From: a virus
Lineage: Duplodnaviria > Caudoviricetes
IMG/VR virus record: IMGVR_UViG_3300024344_000011
Span: 1 to 58,236 of that record
Reading direction: 5' to 3' (one strand)
Length of the DNA: 58,236 bases
Part shown: one piece after another, positions 27,770 through 37,264 of the stretch
Layout: each line of letters begins with the position of its first letter
Numbering within the stretch: position 1 is the first letter of the stretch
Position numbers and translations under genes: made by a program
The notes under the pieces: model-generated
The model's input: only the letters and a program-made list of their open reading frames with translations
What the model was told of the DNA's origin: nothing
Databases searched by the model: none

Positions 27770-28606
27770 ATGACGGTAAGAACAGAAAAAATACAAAGTT
27801 TAACAGGATCAGCTCCTTTAAAACTTCCTACATCTTTGCCCTCTACAAGTACAGAAGTTCAGGTAGACACGGATGGAACGATGTCTGCGGATTCTGGAGT
27901 ATCTGCAACATTTAATACTTTGACAAATGGCTCTGGTGAAACAGGGTGGGTATGTTTAAATGTTGTAGAGCAAGATTCTTTAGCGACAACGATTGATATT
28001 CAACTATCTTCCGGATCGTCTGTATCCGCTTCTGATGTATATATGTATAAGTTAATATTTGATCTTCATGGTTCTTATAGCACTTCAACTACGGGACAGC
28101 AGCTCTATATAGCTCCCTTAAACGGAAGCACTAATATCTCTAATGGTAATTTATATAGTGCAGGTTGGTCAGCTACCGATAGCAGTAGTAGAAGTTATGG
28201 CACTTATGGAGGCACAGGAAACGCTAATACCTCTGAATTTGAAATGAGTGGTATTATAGGAACGGGCAATGCTGGTGATACATATAGCGCGCAATTTGAT
28301 ATGACTACAACTCAATCAAGTACCTATCCTTGGAAAGCAGGTATTTACGGTGAAATGAGGTATTACAATGGAGCCGGGTTAAGACACTTTTGTGAACCGG
28401 ATATGGCTATGAATTGGAGTCACGCTAATGGTAATGGTAACTGGTATCAATACAATTATGGTTATCAAATGTATTCTAATTATTACATTCAAAAACCTTA
28501 CAGCACTCGAACCAATACTCAATTTGCTGATGGATTTAAATTTTCTACTAATAGCAGTTATAAATGGCAGGGAAATATTCAACTTTGGGGTATCACTAAA
28601 ACATAA
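27770..28606 (+). CDS. putative receptor-binding/tail tip paralog 2
   Basis: RTEKI...KLP N-terminal motif; DGFKF...G.IQLWGI C-terminus. Confidence 0.65.
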   Translation: MTVRTEKIQSLTGSAPLKLPTSLPSTSTEVQVDTDGTMSADSGVSATFNTLTNGSGETGWVCLNVVEQDSLATTIDIQLSSGSSVSASDVYMYKLIFDLHGSYSTSTTGQQLYIAPLNGSTNISNGNLYSAGWSATDSSSRSYGTYGGTGNANTSEFEMSGIIGTGNAGDTYSAQFDMTTTQSSTYPWKAGIYGEMRYYNGAGLRHFCEPDMAMNWSHANGNGNWYQYNYGYQMYSNYYIQKPYSTRTNTQFADGFKFSTNSSYKWQGNIQLWGITKT

Positions 28607-28615
28607 GGAGAAAAA

Positions 28616-29554
28616 ATGTCGACACTTGCTACAAATAAATTAGGAACGCTTTCAGGTAATGCTGATATGACACTCCCTTCAACACGCCCTAGCGCTACCG
28701 CAGAGGGTTATCTTGATAATAATGGAAATTTAACTTTTAGTTCTGCCGGAACAACGGCTTGTGAGTTTTATGTAACTGATGCTGGCACTCCTATGGTAAC
28801 AACAGTTTATGTTGATTCTACCTACAATGATGCCACTCCTGCTGTAGCAGATGCTAATTTTACTAACAGTTCTAATGAGTATTTTGGATGGAATTTAGGA
28901 ATTTGGAATTTACCTGCTGCTATACAATCAAATTATTTAGCTCAAGCAAATATGAGGTGGTTGGATTTAGATTTTACTTTTTATAATAATGACGATCAGG
29001 GCGGCGGGCTAATAGGTTATTTTATGGTTTTAAACAGAGCTGGCACAGCTCATGGTTGTACTAATGGCAATACAAGTGGAATTGGTGATAGTTATGACAA
29101 CCAAGGGGCAACAAATAATAGTTGGGAAGGCAATGGCGATTGGGCTAGAAATACAGCCTCTGGTAGCTCTAGTTCTAATTCATGGTCTGGACAATACAAT
29201 CAATGGTCATCTGGCCCTTATCTATATACAACAAATAGTAATCTCCAAGTAGGACAAGCTAGTGGAAGACTGCACGTAAAATGTGCGCCTGGAGCCTATC
29301 AAAGAGTATGGCATGATGGATATTATACTTATAGTAACAGCTTTAATTATGGCCCAAACTGGTATTGTGGCGCTAAAATGCCAAATAGAAATAACACAAC
29401 ATGGTCTACCTCTAATCAATACACATGGGGTGGAGAATTTGGCGGATTTAGATTAAATGGACAAGGAAACAGCTCAACTGACGCCAACAGACAAGTGTGG
29501 CTGACTGCTGTTTTAAAATGCAGAATTAAACCAACGGCTGTTGTATCAAGTTAA
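28616..29554 (+). CDS. putative receptor-binding/tail tip paralog 3
   Basis: ATNKL...TLP N-terminal motif. Confidence 0.65.
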   Translation: MSTLATNKLGTLSGNADMTLPSTRPSATAEGYLDNNGNLTFSSAGTTACEFYVTDAGTPMVTTVYVDSTYNDATPAVADANFTNSSNEYFGWNLGIWNLPAAIQSNYLAQANMRWLDLDFTFYNNDDQGGGLIGYFMVLNRAGTAHGCTNGNTSGIGDSYDNQGATNNSWEGNGDWARNTASGSSSSNSWSGQYNQWSSGPYLYTTNSNLQVGQASGRLHVKCAPGAYQRVWHDGYYTYSNSFNYGPNWYCGAKMPNRNNTTWSTSNQYTWGGEFGGFRLNGQGNSSTDANRQVWLTAVLKCRIKPTAVVSS

Positions 29555-29563
29555 GGAGAGAAA

Positions 29564-30016
29564 ATGGCATATCCAACTAAAAAGACATTAACCAAAGGTA
29601 AAATCAATGATAGAAACCCAACAACATTTGAAAGAGAGTGGAGGGATGAAACCGATGCTGAGTTAGCCATGAGACAATCTGCTCATGACGCTTCTGTTGA
29701 TAATTACCATGTTTCAAGAATTAATGATTACATAGATTTATTACAGGCTACAAAGTCTCAATTAGATTGGACACAATTGGTTGATGCTCCACTAAAAAAT
29801 CAAGACGCATTTACAACATATCGAGCAAGTTTAGACGTATTAATTGCAAACAAAGGTGAATATGTGGATGAAAGTGGTAATCCCGTAGATAAAACAGATA
29901 CTTTTTGGGATGAAGGAAGTGTTTTATATGATTTTGTTCCTACAGCTCCCACTCCAGAATATAAAGATGATTACGATCCTGAAAATCCCGAAGGTCACGA
30001 ACCCCCATCAGAATAG
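29564..30016 (+). CDS. tail fibre assembly chaperone-like protein
   Basis: DWTQLVDAPL...YRASL. Confidence 0.7.
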   Translation: MAYPTKKTLTKGKINDRNPTTFEREWRDETDAELAMRQSAHDASVDNYHVSRINDYIDLLQATKSQLDWTQLVDAPLKNQDAFTTYRASLDVLIANKGEYVDESGNPVDKTDTFWDEGSVLYDFVPTAPTPEYKDDYDPENPEGHEPPSE

Positions 30017-30068
30017 GAGATGAAAACCAGATACTCGTATTCTTTTTTAAAATAGGATAAAATAAAAT

Positions 30069-31082
30069 ATGGCATTTGGTTTTGACTCATACGCACAAGA
30101 CGCTTTCTCCACTTCAGGAGGAGGGCCAGTCAATGTAACTGTATCCGCTACAGGCGTAGCCGGAACAACTGGCCTTGGAGTTGTTACAACCAAATTTGAC
30201 ATGGTGTTTGAGGTTACGGGTGTTGAGGCAACTGGATCCATTGGAACTGTTAATGCGGGAGCTGGCGTCATAGTCTTCCCAACGGGTGTATCGGCAAATG
30301 CTGAATTAGGTAACGAAACGGTCTTTGTAGGTATTCTTGTTCCCGTTAATAACACTAACCTTCTAATGACAGCAGAGTTAGGGACAGTAGAGGCGGTCTT
30401 ACCGATTACTGCTGAAGTAACTGGAGTTTCTGCAACAGCTCATTTAGGGCAAGAAACGATTGTTGCGGGTAATGTTATAGCTAAACCAAGAGGCGATGAA
30501 ACATTTAATGTGACAGTTGCTAACGGTGGTAGTGGTAATGTTTATTACTTAAATTACTTTATGCAGACTACACTTGATAGTCTTCATCCTCCATTTACCT
30601 ATCGCTTTGATTTATCAGACTCTTCTGTTGGAACTCATCCTTTACGATTCTCTACTACAGCAGATGGAACGCATGGAGGAGGAACGGAATATACAACAGG
30701 CGTAACAGTTAATGGAGTTGCTGGTAATCCGGGAGCTTATGTAGAAATTACTCTTACTGATTCTACACCACAACTGTATGTCTATTGTGCAAGTCACCCA
30801 GGCATGGGCTTCATGCTTGAGATGGATTATAATGCTGAAATAATTGGAAATACCGCACTAAATAGTGTAACAATTAAAGCATCTATACTTATTCCAGTAA
30901 ATAACTCTGGAATGAATGTTTTTGGTATAGTTGGAGATGTAAATGTAACAGGCACAGCTCTTATTACTCCAACCGGAGTGAGTGCCACAGGATTTATTTC
31001 TTCTGGTCAAGTACCTGCTGTTAATGTGTGGCAAGTGATTGACGATTCGCAAACCCCAGGTTGGACGGAGATAGCAGCGTAA
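30069..31082 (+). CDS. virion protein with TGVSAT repeats and cupredoxin-like insert
   Basis: TYRFDLSDSS..THPLRFS...LYVYCASHPGMG. Confidence 0.75.
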   Translation: MAFGFDSYAQDAFSTSGGGPVNVTVSATGVAGTTGLGVVTTKFDMVFEVTGVEATGSIGTVNAGAGVIVFPTGVSANAELGNETVFVGILVPVNNTNLLMTAELGTVEAVLPITAEVTGVSATAHLGQETIVAGNVIAKPRGDETFNVTVANGGSGNVYYLNYFMQTTLDSLHPPFTYRFDLSDSSVGTHPLRFSTTADGTHGGGTEYTTGVTVNGVAGNPGAYVEITLTDSTPQLYVYCASHPGMGFMLEMDYNAEIIGNTALNSVTIKASILIPVNNSGMNVFGIVGDVNVTGTALITPTGVSATGFISSGQVPAVNVWQVIDDSQTPGWTEIAA

Positions 31083-32536
31083 TGGCAAGTACATATTCAA
31101 ATTCTTTACGATTAGAACTTATTGCTACCGGGGAACAAGCTGGTACATGGGGTTCTACTACCAATCGAAACATGGGAACTTTATTAGAGCAAGCAATATC
31201 TGGTTATGAAGTTATAACTATTTCTGGAGATACCACTCTTACAACAAATAATGGTCAAACAGATCAATCAAGAAATATGGTTCTTGATGTTCAAGGAACT
31301 ATTGGCACGACAGCAAATATTTATATTCCAGCCCAAGAAAAATTATATGTTGTAAAAAATGGAACAACGGGTGGACAAAGTATAGCAGTAAGAACAACTG
31401 GGCCTACAGGAACAAGTGTCACTATTCCAAATGGTAAAACAACAATTTTGTATGGCACGGGTTCTAATGTTTATACAGCTCTTACATTTACTGATGATTT
31501 AGATATAGACAACATTAATTTTACAGGAAACACAATTTCCTCCACAGATACAAACGGCAATATTGTGCTAACTCCAAACGGAACTGGAAGCGTGGTTCTT
31601 TCTAAAGATGTAACAGCAAGTCAAGCTTTAACAGTAACTACAAATTTAGCCGTGAATGGAAATACCACTTTAGGCGATGCCTCTGGAGATACAACAACAA
31701 TTAATGGTAATGCTGTTTCTATTCCTAATGGATTAAACTTTGATACAAATACTTTAGTATTAGATCAAACAAATAATAGAGTGGGTATTGGACAAGCTAA
31801 TCCGTCTTCTGCTCTTCATGTTGCTAATAGAACAATTACCGATGATTTTACTATAGGTGGCACGGGTGGTTATCAATTCCCTAGCTCTTCTGGAACTTCC
31901 GAACAAATTTTACAAATGAACAGTTCTGGAAATTTACAGTTTGTTGATATTGGAACAATTGGAGCATGGTCAACTGTAGGTAATGCTATAAGTGGTGGAG
32001 CAAATTCCATGACTATTTTTGGATCTGTTGCTTATGATGTATGGTGGGCTACTTATCGGTTACTTTTTGATGCTACAACTTTAACAACATTTAGAGTTGG
32101 TTTAGTCGATTCGGCTGGTAGCCAAGTATCTGCGAGTAACATATTTAACAGCACATTTATCTACCAAGATGTTTCAGGAGCTAGTGGAGGCGCTGTAACA
32201 TCAAATGCAAATAAATCTTCTAATGCAGCCACAGGAGTTATTGCTGTTGGAAGTGTTCCTTCTTCATCATCAACGGAAGTAGTTGTTGAGGGAACAATGT
32301 ATTTATTTAGAAATGCTCAATACTCTTCAGGAAATAATTTTGCTGGTAATGCTCAATCTACGTGTACAAAAGATGGTGGAGCAACTGGTGATATAGGTAC
32401 TACAAGTCAATGTTATATAAAGGAAGCGTCAGCAAATGCGACTGCTGTATATGGCTTAGTGTTTAGTGAATTAGGTGGCAACACCTTAAAATCAGGATCT
32501 CGTATAGATTTATATGGCGCATCATTCCCAACTTAA
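31082..32536 (+). CDS. tail fibre-like protein
   Basis: MASTYS..LRLELIATGEQAGTWG.TTN; NRVGIG..NP; TAATG coupling. Confidence 0.8.
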   Translation: MASTYSNSLRLELIATGEQAGTWGSTTNRNMGTLLEQAISGYEVITISGDTTLTTNNGQTDQSRNMVLDVQGTIGTTANIYIPAQEKLYVVKNGTTGGQSIAVRTTGPTGTSVTIPNGKTTILYGTGSNVYTALTFTDDLDIDNINFTGNTISSTDTNGNIVLTPNGTGSVVLSKDVTASQALTVTTNLAVNGNTTLGDASGDTTTINGNAVSIPNGLNFDTNTLVLDQTNNRVGIGQANPSSALHVANRTITDDFTIGGTGGYQFPSSSGTSEQILQMNSSGNLQFVDIGTIGAWSTVGNAISGGANSMTIFGSVAYDVWWATYRLLFDATTLTTFRVGLVDSAGSQVSASNIFNSTFIYQDVSGASGGAVTSNANKSSNAATGVIAVGSVPSSSSTEVVVEGTMYLFRNAQYSSGNNFAGNAQSTCTKDGGATGDIGTTSQCYIKEASANATAVYGLVFSELGGNTLKSGSRIDLYGASFPT

Positions 32537-32544
32537 GGTAAACA

Positions 32545-34623
32545 ATGCTAGAGAATGTTCAATTCAAACCTGGAGTTATAAAAGAAGGAACACGCTATTC
32601 AAATGAGGGTGGATGGTATGATTCTGACAAAGTAAGATTTCGTTCAGGTTTTCCAGAAAAAATAGGTGGTTGGGAGAAAAGAGGAAGTAATACTTTTCAA
32701 GGAACTTGTCGTAGCTTAAATCAATGGGCTGCTATTGACGGAAGTCAATATATAGGTGTTGGAACTAATCTTAAATTTTATGTATCTGAAGGTGAAGCTT
32801 ATAATGATATTACACCAACGAGAAAAACTTCTTCACTAACAAATCCATTTACAACTGTTAACGGATCTACTTTAGTTACCGTAACTGATGCGGGCCATAA
32901 TGCTGGTCAAAATGATTTTGTAACTTTTTCGGGAAGTGGCGCTGTTGGTGGAGTTCCAGCAGTAGATTTTAATAAAGAACATCAAATAGTTACAATTATT
33001 GATAATGATAACTACACAATAAATGTATCCACCTCTGCGAGTTCAGCAGTAAATGGAGGTGGTTCAGTTAATGCTGTTTATCAGATTAACACGGGTTCAG
33101 TGGACTATACAGCTGGTGTAGGTTTTGGAGCTGGTTTTTTTGGTGGAACACAAACAGGAGTGCAATCAACAACTACAACAGGCACTAACAGTGCTGGAGC
33201 AGCTACTATTAATGTAGTATCCACTGCTGGTTTTACAGTAACAGGAACAATATTAATTAATGAAGAATTAATAACTTATGGAGCATTAACAGCCACATCT
33301 TTTACTAGCTGTACGAGAGGTCAATCAGGAACACAAGACGCAACACATACAGCTGGAGCTATTGTTCAACAAGCCGATACTTTTATCGGATGGGGTAATG
33401 CAGCCACATCATTAACAGACGGCCAACAATTACGATTATGGGGTAAAGATAATTTTGGTGAAGATTTAGTATTTAATGTTAATAATGGTGGTGTGTATTA
33501 TTGGGATAAATCAGGTGGCGTTTCTGCTGCTAGTGTTGCTTTGTCTGCGAAGGCTGGGGCTGATGGATTTGCGCCAACGGTAGCAACACAAGCTCTTGTT
33601 AGTGAACTAGGTAAACACGTTGTGTGTTTAGGAGCTAATGAACACGGATCTAGCACACAAGATCCTATGCTTATTCGATGGTCTGATACAGAAAATCCTA
33701 ATGTATGGCAAGTTTTAAATGAAAATAGTGCAGGTGATTACAGGCTATCTTCAGGTAGTAAAATTATTGGTGGTATAAAAACACGACAAGAAATACTTAT
33801 TTGGACTGATACTTCTTTATATTCTATGAATTATACGGGTTCAGCTTTTGTTTTCAGTTTTAGTTTAATGGATGAAGGTACTTCTATCTTATCTCCAAAT
33901 GCAGCAATAAATGCCAACAATAATATTTTCTTTGCTGATAGCGAGAACTTTTATGTATATGCGGGTTCTGTTCAAACTTTACCATGTAGTGTAAGAAATT
34001 ATGTTTTTGATGATATTAATTTATCTCAAAGATATAAAGTTTTTGCTGCTGGAAATGAAAACTTTAATGAAGTGTCTTGGTTTTATCCAAGCGCTGATTC
34101 TACCGAAGTAAATAGATATGTTACTTATAATTACTTAGACCAAACCTGGACTGTTGGCACAATGGATAGAACAGCTTGGGATGATGTAGGAACTTCTGTT
34201 ACTAACCCTATAGCTGCTGGAACAAATAATTACATTTACAATCAAGAAACAGGGGACGATGATGACGGTTCAGCTATGACAGCTTATATCGAATCAAGTG
34301 ACATAGATATTGGTTCTGGTAATCAAATGATGTTTATTAGAAGAATTTTACCTGACATATATTTTTATGGAACAGCATCTTCACAAGACATGAATATAAT
34401 TGTCAAGGTTAGAGATTATTCATCTAGTTTGAATCCTCCCATAACAGATCAAACATTTACTTTTCAAACAGGAGCAGCTAATAGCGGAACAACAGGATCA
34501 CAACAATTATATTCTCGTATAAGAAGTAGGCAAGCAGCATTTCGTTTTGAAACCAATACTGTAGGTCAGCAGTGGAGAATAGGGGGAGTAAGACTAGATA
34601 TGAAAGCGGATGGTAGAAGATGA
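32545..34623 (+). CDS. tail nozzle/DNA stabilisation-like protein
   Basis: KVRFRSGFPEKIGGW, DNFGEDL, IRWSD.E, ends DGRR. Confidence 0.8.
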   Translation: MLENVQFKPGVIKEGTRYSNEGGWYDSDKVRFRSGFPEKIGGWEKRGSNTFQGTCRSLNQWAAIDGSQYIGVGTNLKFYVSEGEAYNDITPTRKTSSLTNPFTTVNGSTLVTVTDAGHNAGQNDFVTFSGSGAVGGVPAVDFNKEHQIVTIIDNDNYTINVSTSASSAVNGGGSVNAVYQINTGSVDYTAGVGFGAGFFGGTQTGVQSTTTTGTNSAGAATINVVSTAGFTVTGTILINEELITYGALTATSFTSCTRGQSGTQDATHTAGAIVQQADTFIGWGNAATSLTDGQQLRLWGKDNFGEDLVFNVNNGGVYYWDKSGGVSAASVALSAKAGADGFAPTVATQALVSELGKHVVCLGANEHGSSTQDPMLIRWSDTENPNVWQVLNENSAGDYRLSSGSKIIGGIKTRQEILIWTDTSLYSMNYTGSAFVFSFSLMDEGTSILSPNAAINANNNIFFADSENFYVYAGSVQTLPCSVRNYVFDDINLSQRYKVFAAGNENFNEVSWFYPSADSTEVNRYVTYNYLDQTWTVGTMDRTAWDDVGTSVTNPIAAGTNNYIYNQETGDDDDGSAMTAYIESSDIDIGSGNQMMFIRRILPDIYFYGTASSQDMNIIVKVRDYSSSLNPPITDQTFTFQTGAANSGTTGSQQLYSRIRSRQAAFRFETNTVGQQWRIGGVRLDMKADGRR

Positions 34624-34796
34624 CAAAAGTACCTGAACAAGCTCTTACCAAAACTACTTTACCTTTACCCGAAAGAAACTACACAGAATCGTATTTTCGT
34701 AGATTAGTAGGGGATATTCAAAGAATATTTTCAAGTATACAAACAGCAGAGGAGACAAGAGAAGAGTCTGAGACTTACTCTTGGTTTATAAGTTAA
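34620..34796 (+). CDS. 58-aa conserved small protein (not in ORF track)
   Basis: ATGA and TAATG coupling; LP.P...Y...YF motif. Confidence 0.7.
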   Translation: MTKVPEQALTKTTLPLPERNYTESYFRRLVGDIQRIFSSIQTAEETREESETYSWFIS

Positions 34797-35125
34797 TGGC
34801 AAGAGCCTATTTAAATATTGTTAAAAATGGGTTATCTTCAGGTGATAATACAATTTATACTTGTCCTAGCGGTGGACAAGCTATAATTAAAGTTGTAAAT
34901 ATATATAATGCTTCCGCAGGAGCTATCACAGTTTCTACAAAAGTATTAGATAGTTCCGCTAGTGTCACAGGAGTGTGGGACGAAGCATCCGTGTCTGCAA
35001 ACACACAAGAAAGAGTCCTCCAAAACGGAGAAATTATAGTTTTGGAAGCAAATGATATATTAAAAATTAATGCCGGAAGTGGTTCGGTAATTGATGCTAT
35101 AATATCATTGCTTCAGATAACATGA
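34796..35125 (+). CDS. small virion protein
   Basis: IYTCP...IVLEANDILK; start ATG 34796. Confidence 0.75.
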   Translation: MARAYLNIVKNGLSSGDNTIYTCPSGGQAIIKVVNIYNASAGAITVSTKVLDSSASVTGVWDEASVSANTQERVLQNGEIIVLEANDILKINAGSGSVIDAIISLLQIT

Positions 35126-35132
35126 GGTCAAT

Positions 35133-36236
35133 ATGGGATTCTGGTCAGATTTAGGTTCAAATATAGCAAGTTCAGCAGGAAATGTATTTAATTACGGTAA
35201 AAATGCTGCCCTTGATTATTTTAGCCCTGAAAATTTAATTGAAAGTGGTTTATATACTTTATTAGCTGGAGGAAACAAAGGTGATTATTTTAAAAATGCT
35301 GGAATAAATACCTTGTTAAGAAACTCAGGTCAAATATTAGATCCTCGTCTAAGAAGAGAATCACAAAAAGTAGAAGAAAGAAACATTAATACAAACCAAA
35401 AAAGAAGTGGCCCTCCTGTAGCTGGTTCCGCTAGAACAGTTCTAACTAATAATCCAGGTGGTGGCATTGAGGACTTAAGAATGAACCTTTCATTTGAAGA
35501 AGGAAATCCTCTTGAACCCATTCCTTTAAGTCAAAATGTAAATTTTAATGATAATAATAAACCTGGTCTTTTAAGTTTAGGGGGTGGTCAAGGCACTAGA
35601 GGTGGATTTGATATGGGTAGTATTGAAACTAGAGATGAACCTATAATAAATCAAAGCACGGGAGAAGTCACAGGCATTATGAGGTATTATAGCACGGGCG
35701 CAGTTGAACAATTAGATAGAGACGGAAATATTATAGGAGAGGCTGGTAGATTTCTTCGTCAACCTAATCAAAGACCTGCTTACTTTGGAAGAGGGACAGG
35801 AGGATTTTTAAGTGATATTGCTGAACATGGTATGGGAACAGAAATCAATAAACTTCTTCTTAAAAAATTATTTCCTGATCAATTTAGAACAAGAAGAGAA
35901 GCTACAGAGTTAGCAAATTTAGAATATCAAAGACAAACAGAAGAAGCTAATAAAAGATTTGGAGGAGATCAATTATTCTCTAACATGATGAGCAGAAGAA
36001 GAGGAATGGCTAAAGGTGGTATTGCAAATTTAGCTGGAGGTGGATTTCCTAGAAAAACAGGAGGTATAAATGGGCCTGGTACAGGAACATCTGATGATAT
36101 TCCTGCTATGTTATCTGATGGGGAATTTGTTATGACAGCAGAAGCAGTCAGAAATGCGGGTGGAGGCTCTAGAGAAAAAGGAACACAAAAAATGTATGCT
36201 CTAATGGATAGTTTAGAAAATGCGAGAGGTGTGTAA
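35133..36236 (+). CDS. internal virion/ejection protein
   Basis: MAKGGIANL...GPGTGTSDDIPAMLSDGEFVMTAEAV. Confidence 0.7.
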   Translation: MGFWSDLGSNIASSAGNVFNYGKNAALDYFSPENLIESGLYTLLAGGNKGDYFKNAGINTLLRNSGQILDPRLRRESQKVEERNINTNQKRSGPPVAGSARTVLTNNPGGGIEDLRMNLSFEEGNPLEPIPLSQNVNFNDNNKPGLLSLGGGQGTRGGFDMGSIETRDEPIINQSTGEVTGIMRYYSTGAVEQLDRDGNIIGEAGRFLRQPNQRPAYFGRGTGGFLSDIAEHGMGTEINKLLLKKLFPDQFRTRREATELANLEYQRQTEEANKRFGGDQLFSNMMSRRRGMAKGGIANLAGGGFPRKTGGINGPGTGTSDDIPAMLSDGEFVMTAEAVRNAGGGSREKGTQKMYALMDSLENARGV

Positions 36237-37264
36237 TGGCTACAGAATATAGTTCAGTAAGTGCTGTTGAGAACCGATTAGATCCAAGTCAAAAAGCCGT
36301 TTATGATTCTGTTTTAAGATCAGCAATGGGACTTGTTACAGGCGCTTCTCCTATATATGATACAGAGGGAAATTTTACAGGATTTGGGCCAGCTCCTGAA
36401 GGATATAGTGCATTTAGTCCTGATGCTTATATGCGTAATATTGCTCCTCTAACAGGATTAGAAACAGCAGGATATGAAGCAGCAGCTAGAGGTATTGGTC
36501 AATTTATGCCTTACCTACAAGATGCTAGAAACCTTTACGGAGAACAAGCAGGTCTCACTAGGTCAGTTCTTCCTTATGTAAAAGAAGGAATATTATCTAG
36601 TCGTTATGGACAAGATTTACTTCAAGATAGTTTAGATCCAAATGCTTTTACCGAACAAGTTGCTGATAATCTTACTGCAAGATTAGAAGATAGAGAAGCA
36701 CGACAATTGGCTGCTTTAGATAGACAGGCAGCTGGAGCTGGGGCATTAGGTGGTTCTCGCTTTGGTTTAGAAAGAGCTAACATTCAAGATGATACAAGTA
36801 GAGCATTAACTGAAGGTTTAGGTAATTTATATTATAGTGAGTTTGATAACTTTAGAAATAGGCAAGGTAATGTAGGACAACAATATGCTAATATAGGAAC
36901 AGGGATTGCTAACCTTGGCTCTACTTATGGAAACTTAGGAACATTGTTAGGTACAACTGCTAGTAACATGGCTACTCTTGGAGCAAATGCTCAAGATTTA
37001 TACGGACAAGATGTAGGAACAGCTATTGGATATGGAGAAAATTTAAGAGGTTATAATCAAAACTTATTAGATACTGCTCAACAAAATATATATGCAGAGC
37101 AATCACGACCTTTCTCAGAATTAGGTTTTATTCAAGAATTAGGAGGTATGGTAACACCTGGTTTATATGGAATGCCAACACCATTCCCGGTAGGAACTTC
37201 TTCCGCAGCTAAAGCTGCTACAGGAATTGCCGGATTTAATCCATTTGGAGGTGGTAGTGTATAG
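36236..37264 (+). CDS. ejection/DNA-transfer protein
   Basis: AGALGGSR motif; G/A/Q-rich helical repeats. Confidence 0.7.
   Translation: MATEYSSVSAVENRLDPSQKAVYDSVLRSAMGLVTGASPIYDTEGNFTGFGPAPEGYSAFSPDAYMRNIAPLTGLETAGYEAAARGIGQFMPYLQDARNLYGEQAGLTRSVLPYVKEGILSSRYGQDLLQDSLDPNAFTEQVADNLTARLEDREARQLAALDRQAAGAGALGGSRFGLERANIQDDTSRALTEGLGNLYYSEFDNFRNRQGNVGQQYANIGTGIANLGSTYGNLGTLLGTTASNMATLGANAQDLYGQDVGTAIGYGENLRGYNQNLLDTAQQNIYAEQSRPFSELGFIQELGGMVTPGLYGMPTPFPVGTSSAAKAATGIAGFNPFGGGSV

Noticed and set aside
25201-32536. Diversity-generating retroelement acting on Asn-rich tail tips
   Set aside because: No reverse transcriptase and no TR/VR near-duplicate seen
35990-36236. GPGTGTSDDIPAMLSDGEF motif as a siphovirus tape-measure protein
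   Set aside because: Protein is only 367 aa, no tail tube or chaperone genes recognised, and context fits podovirus ejection proteins
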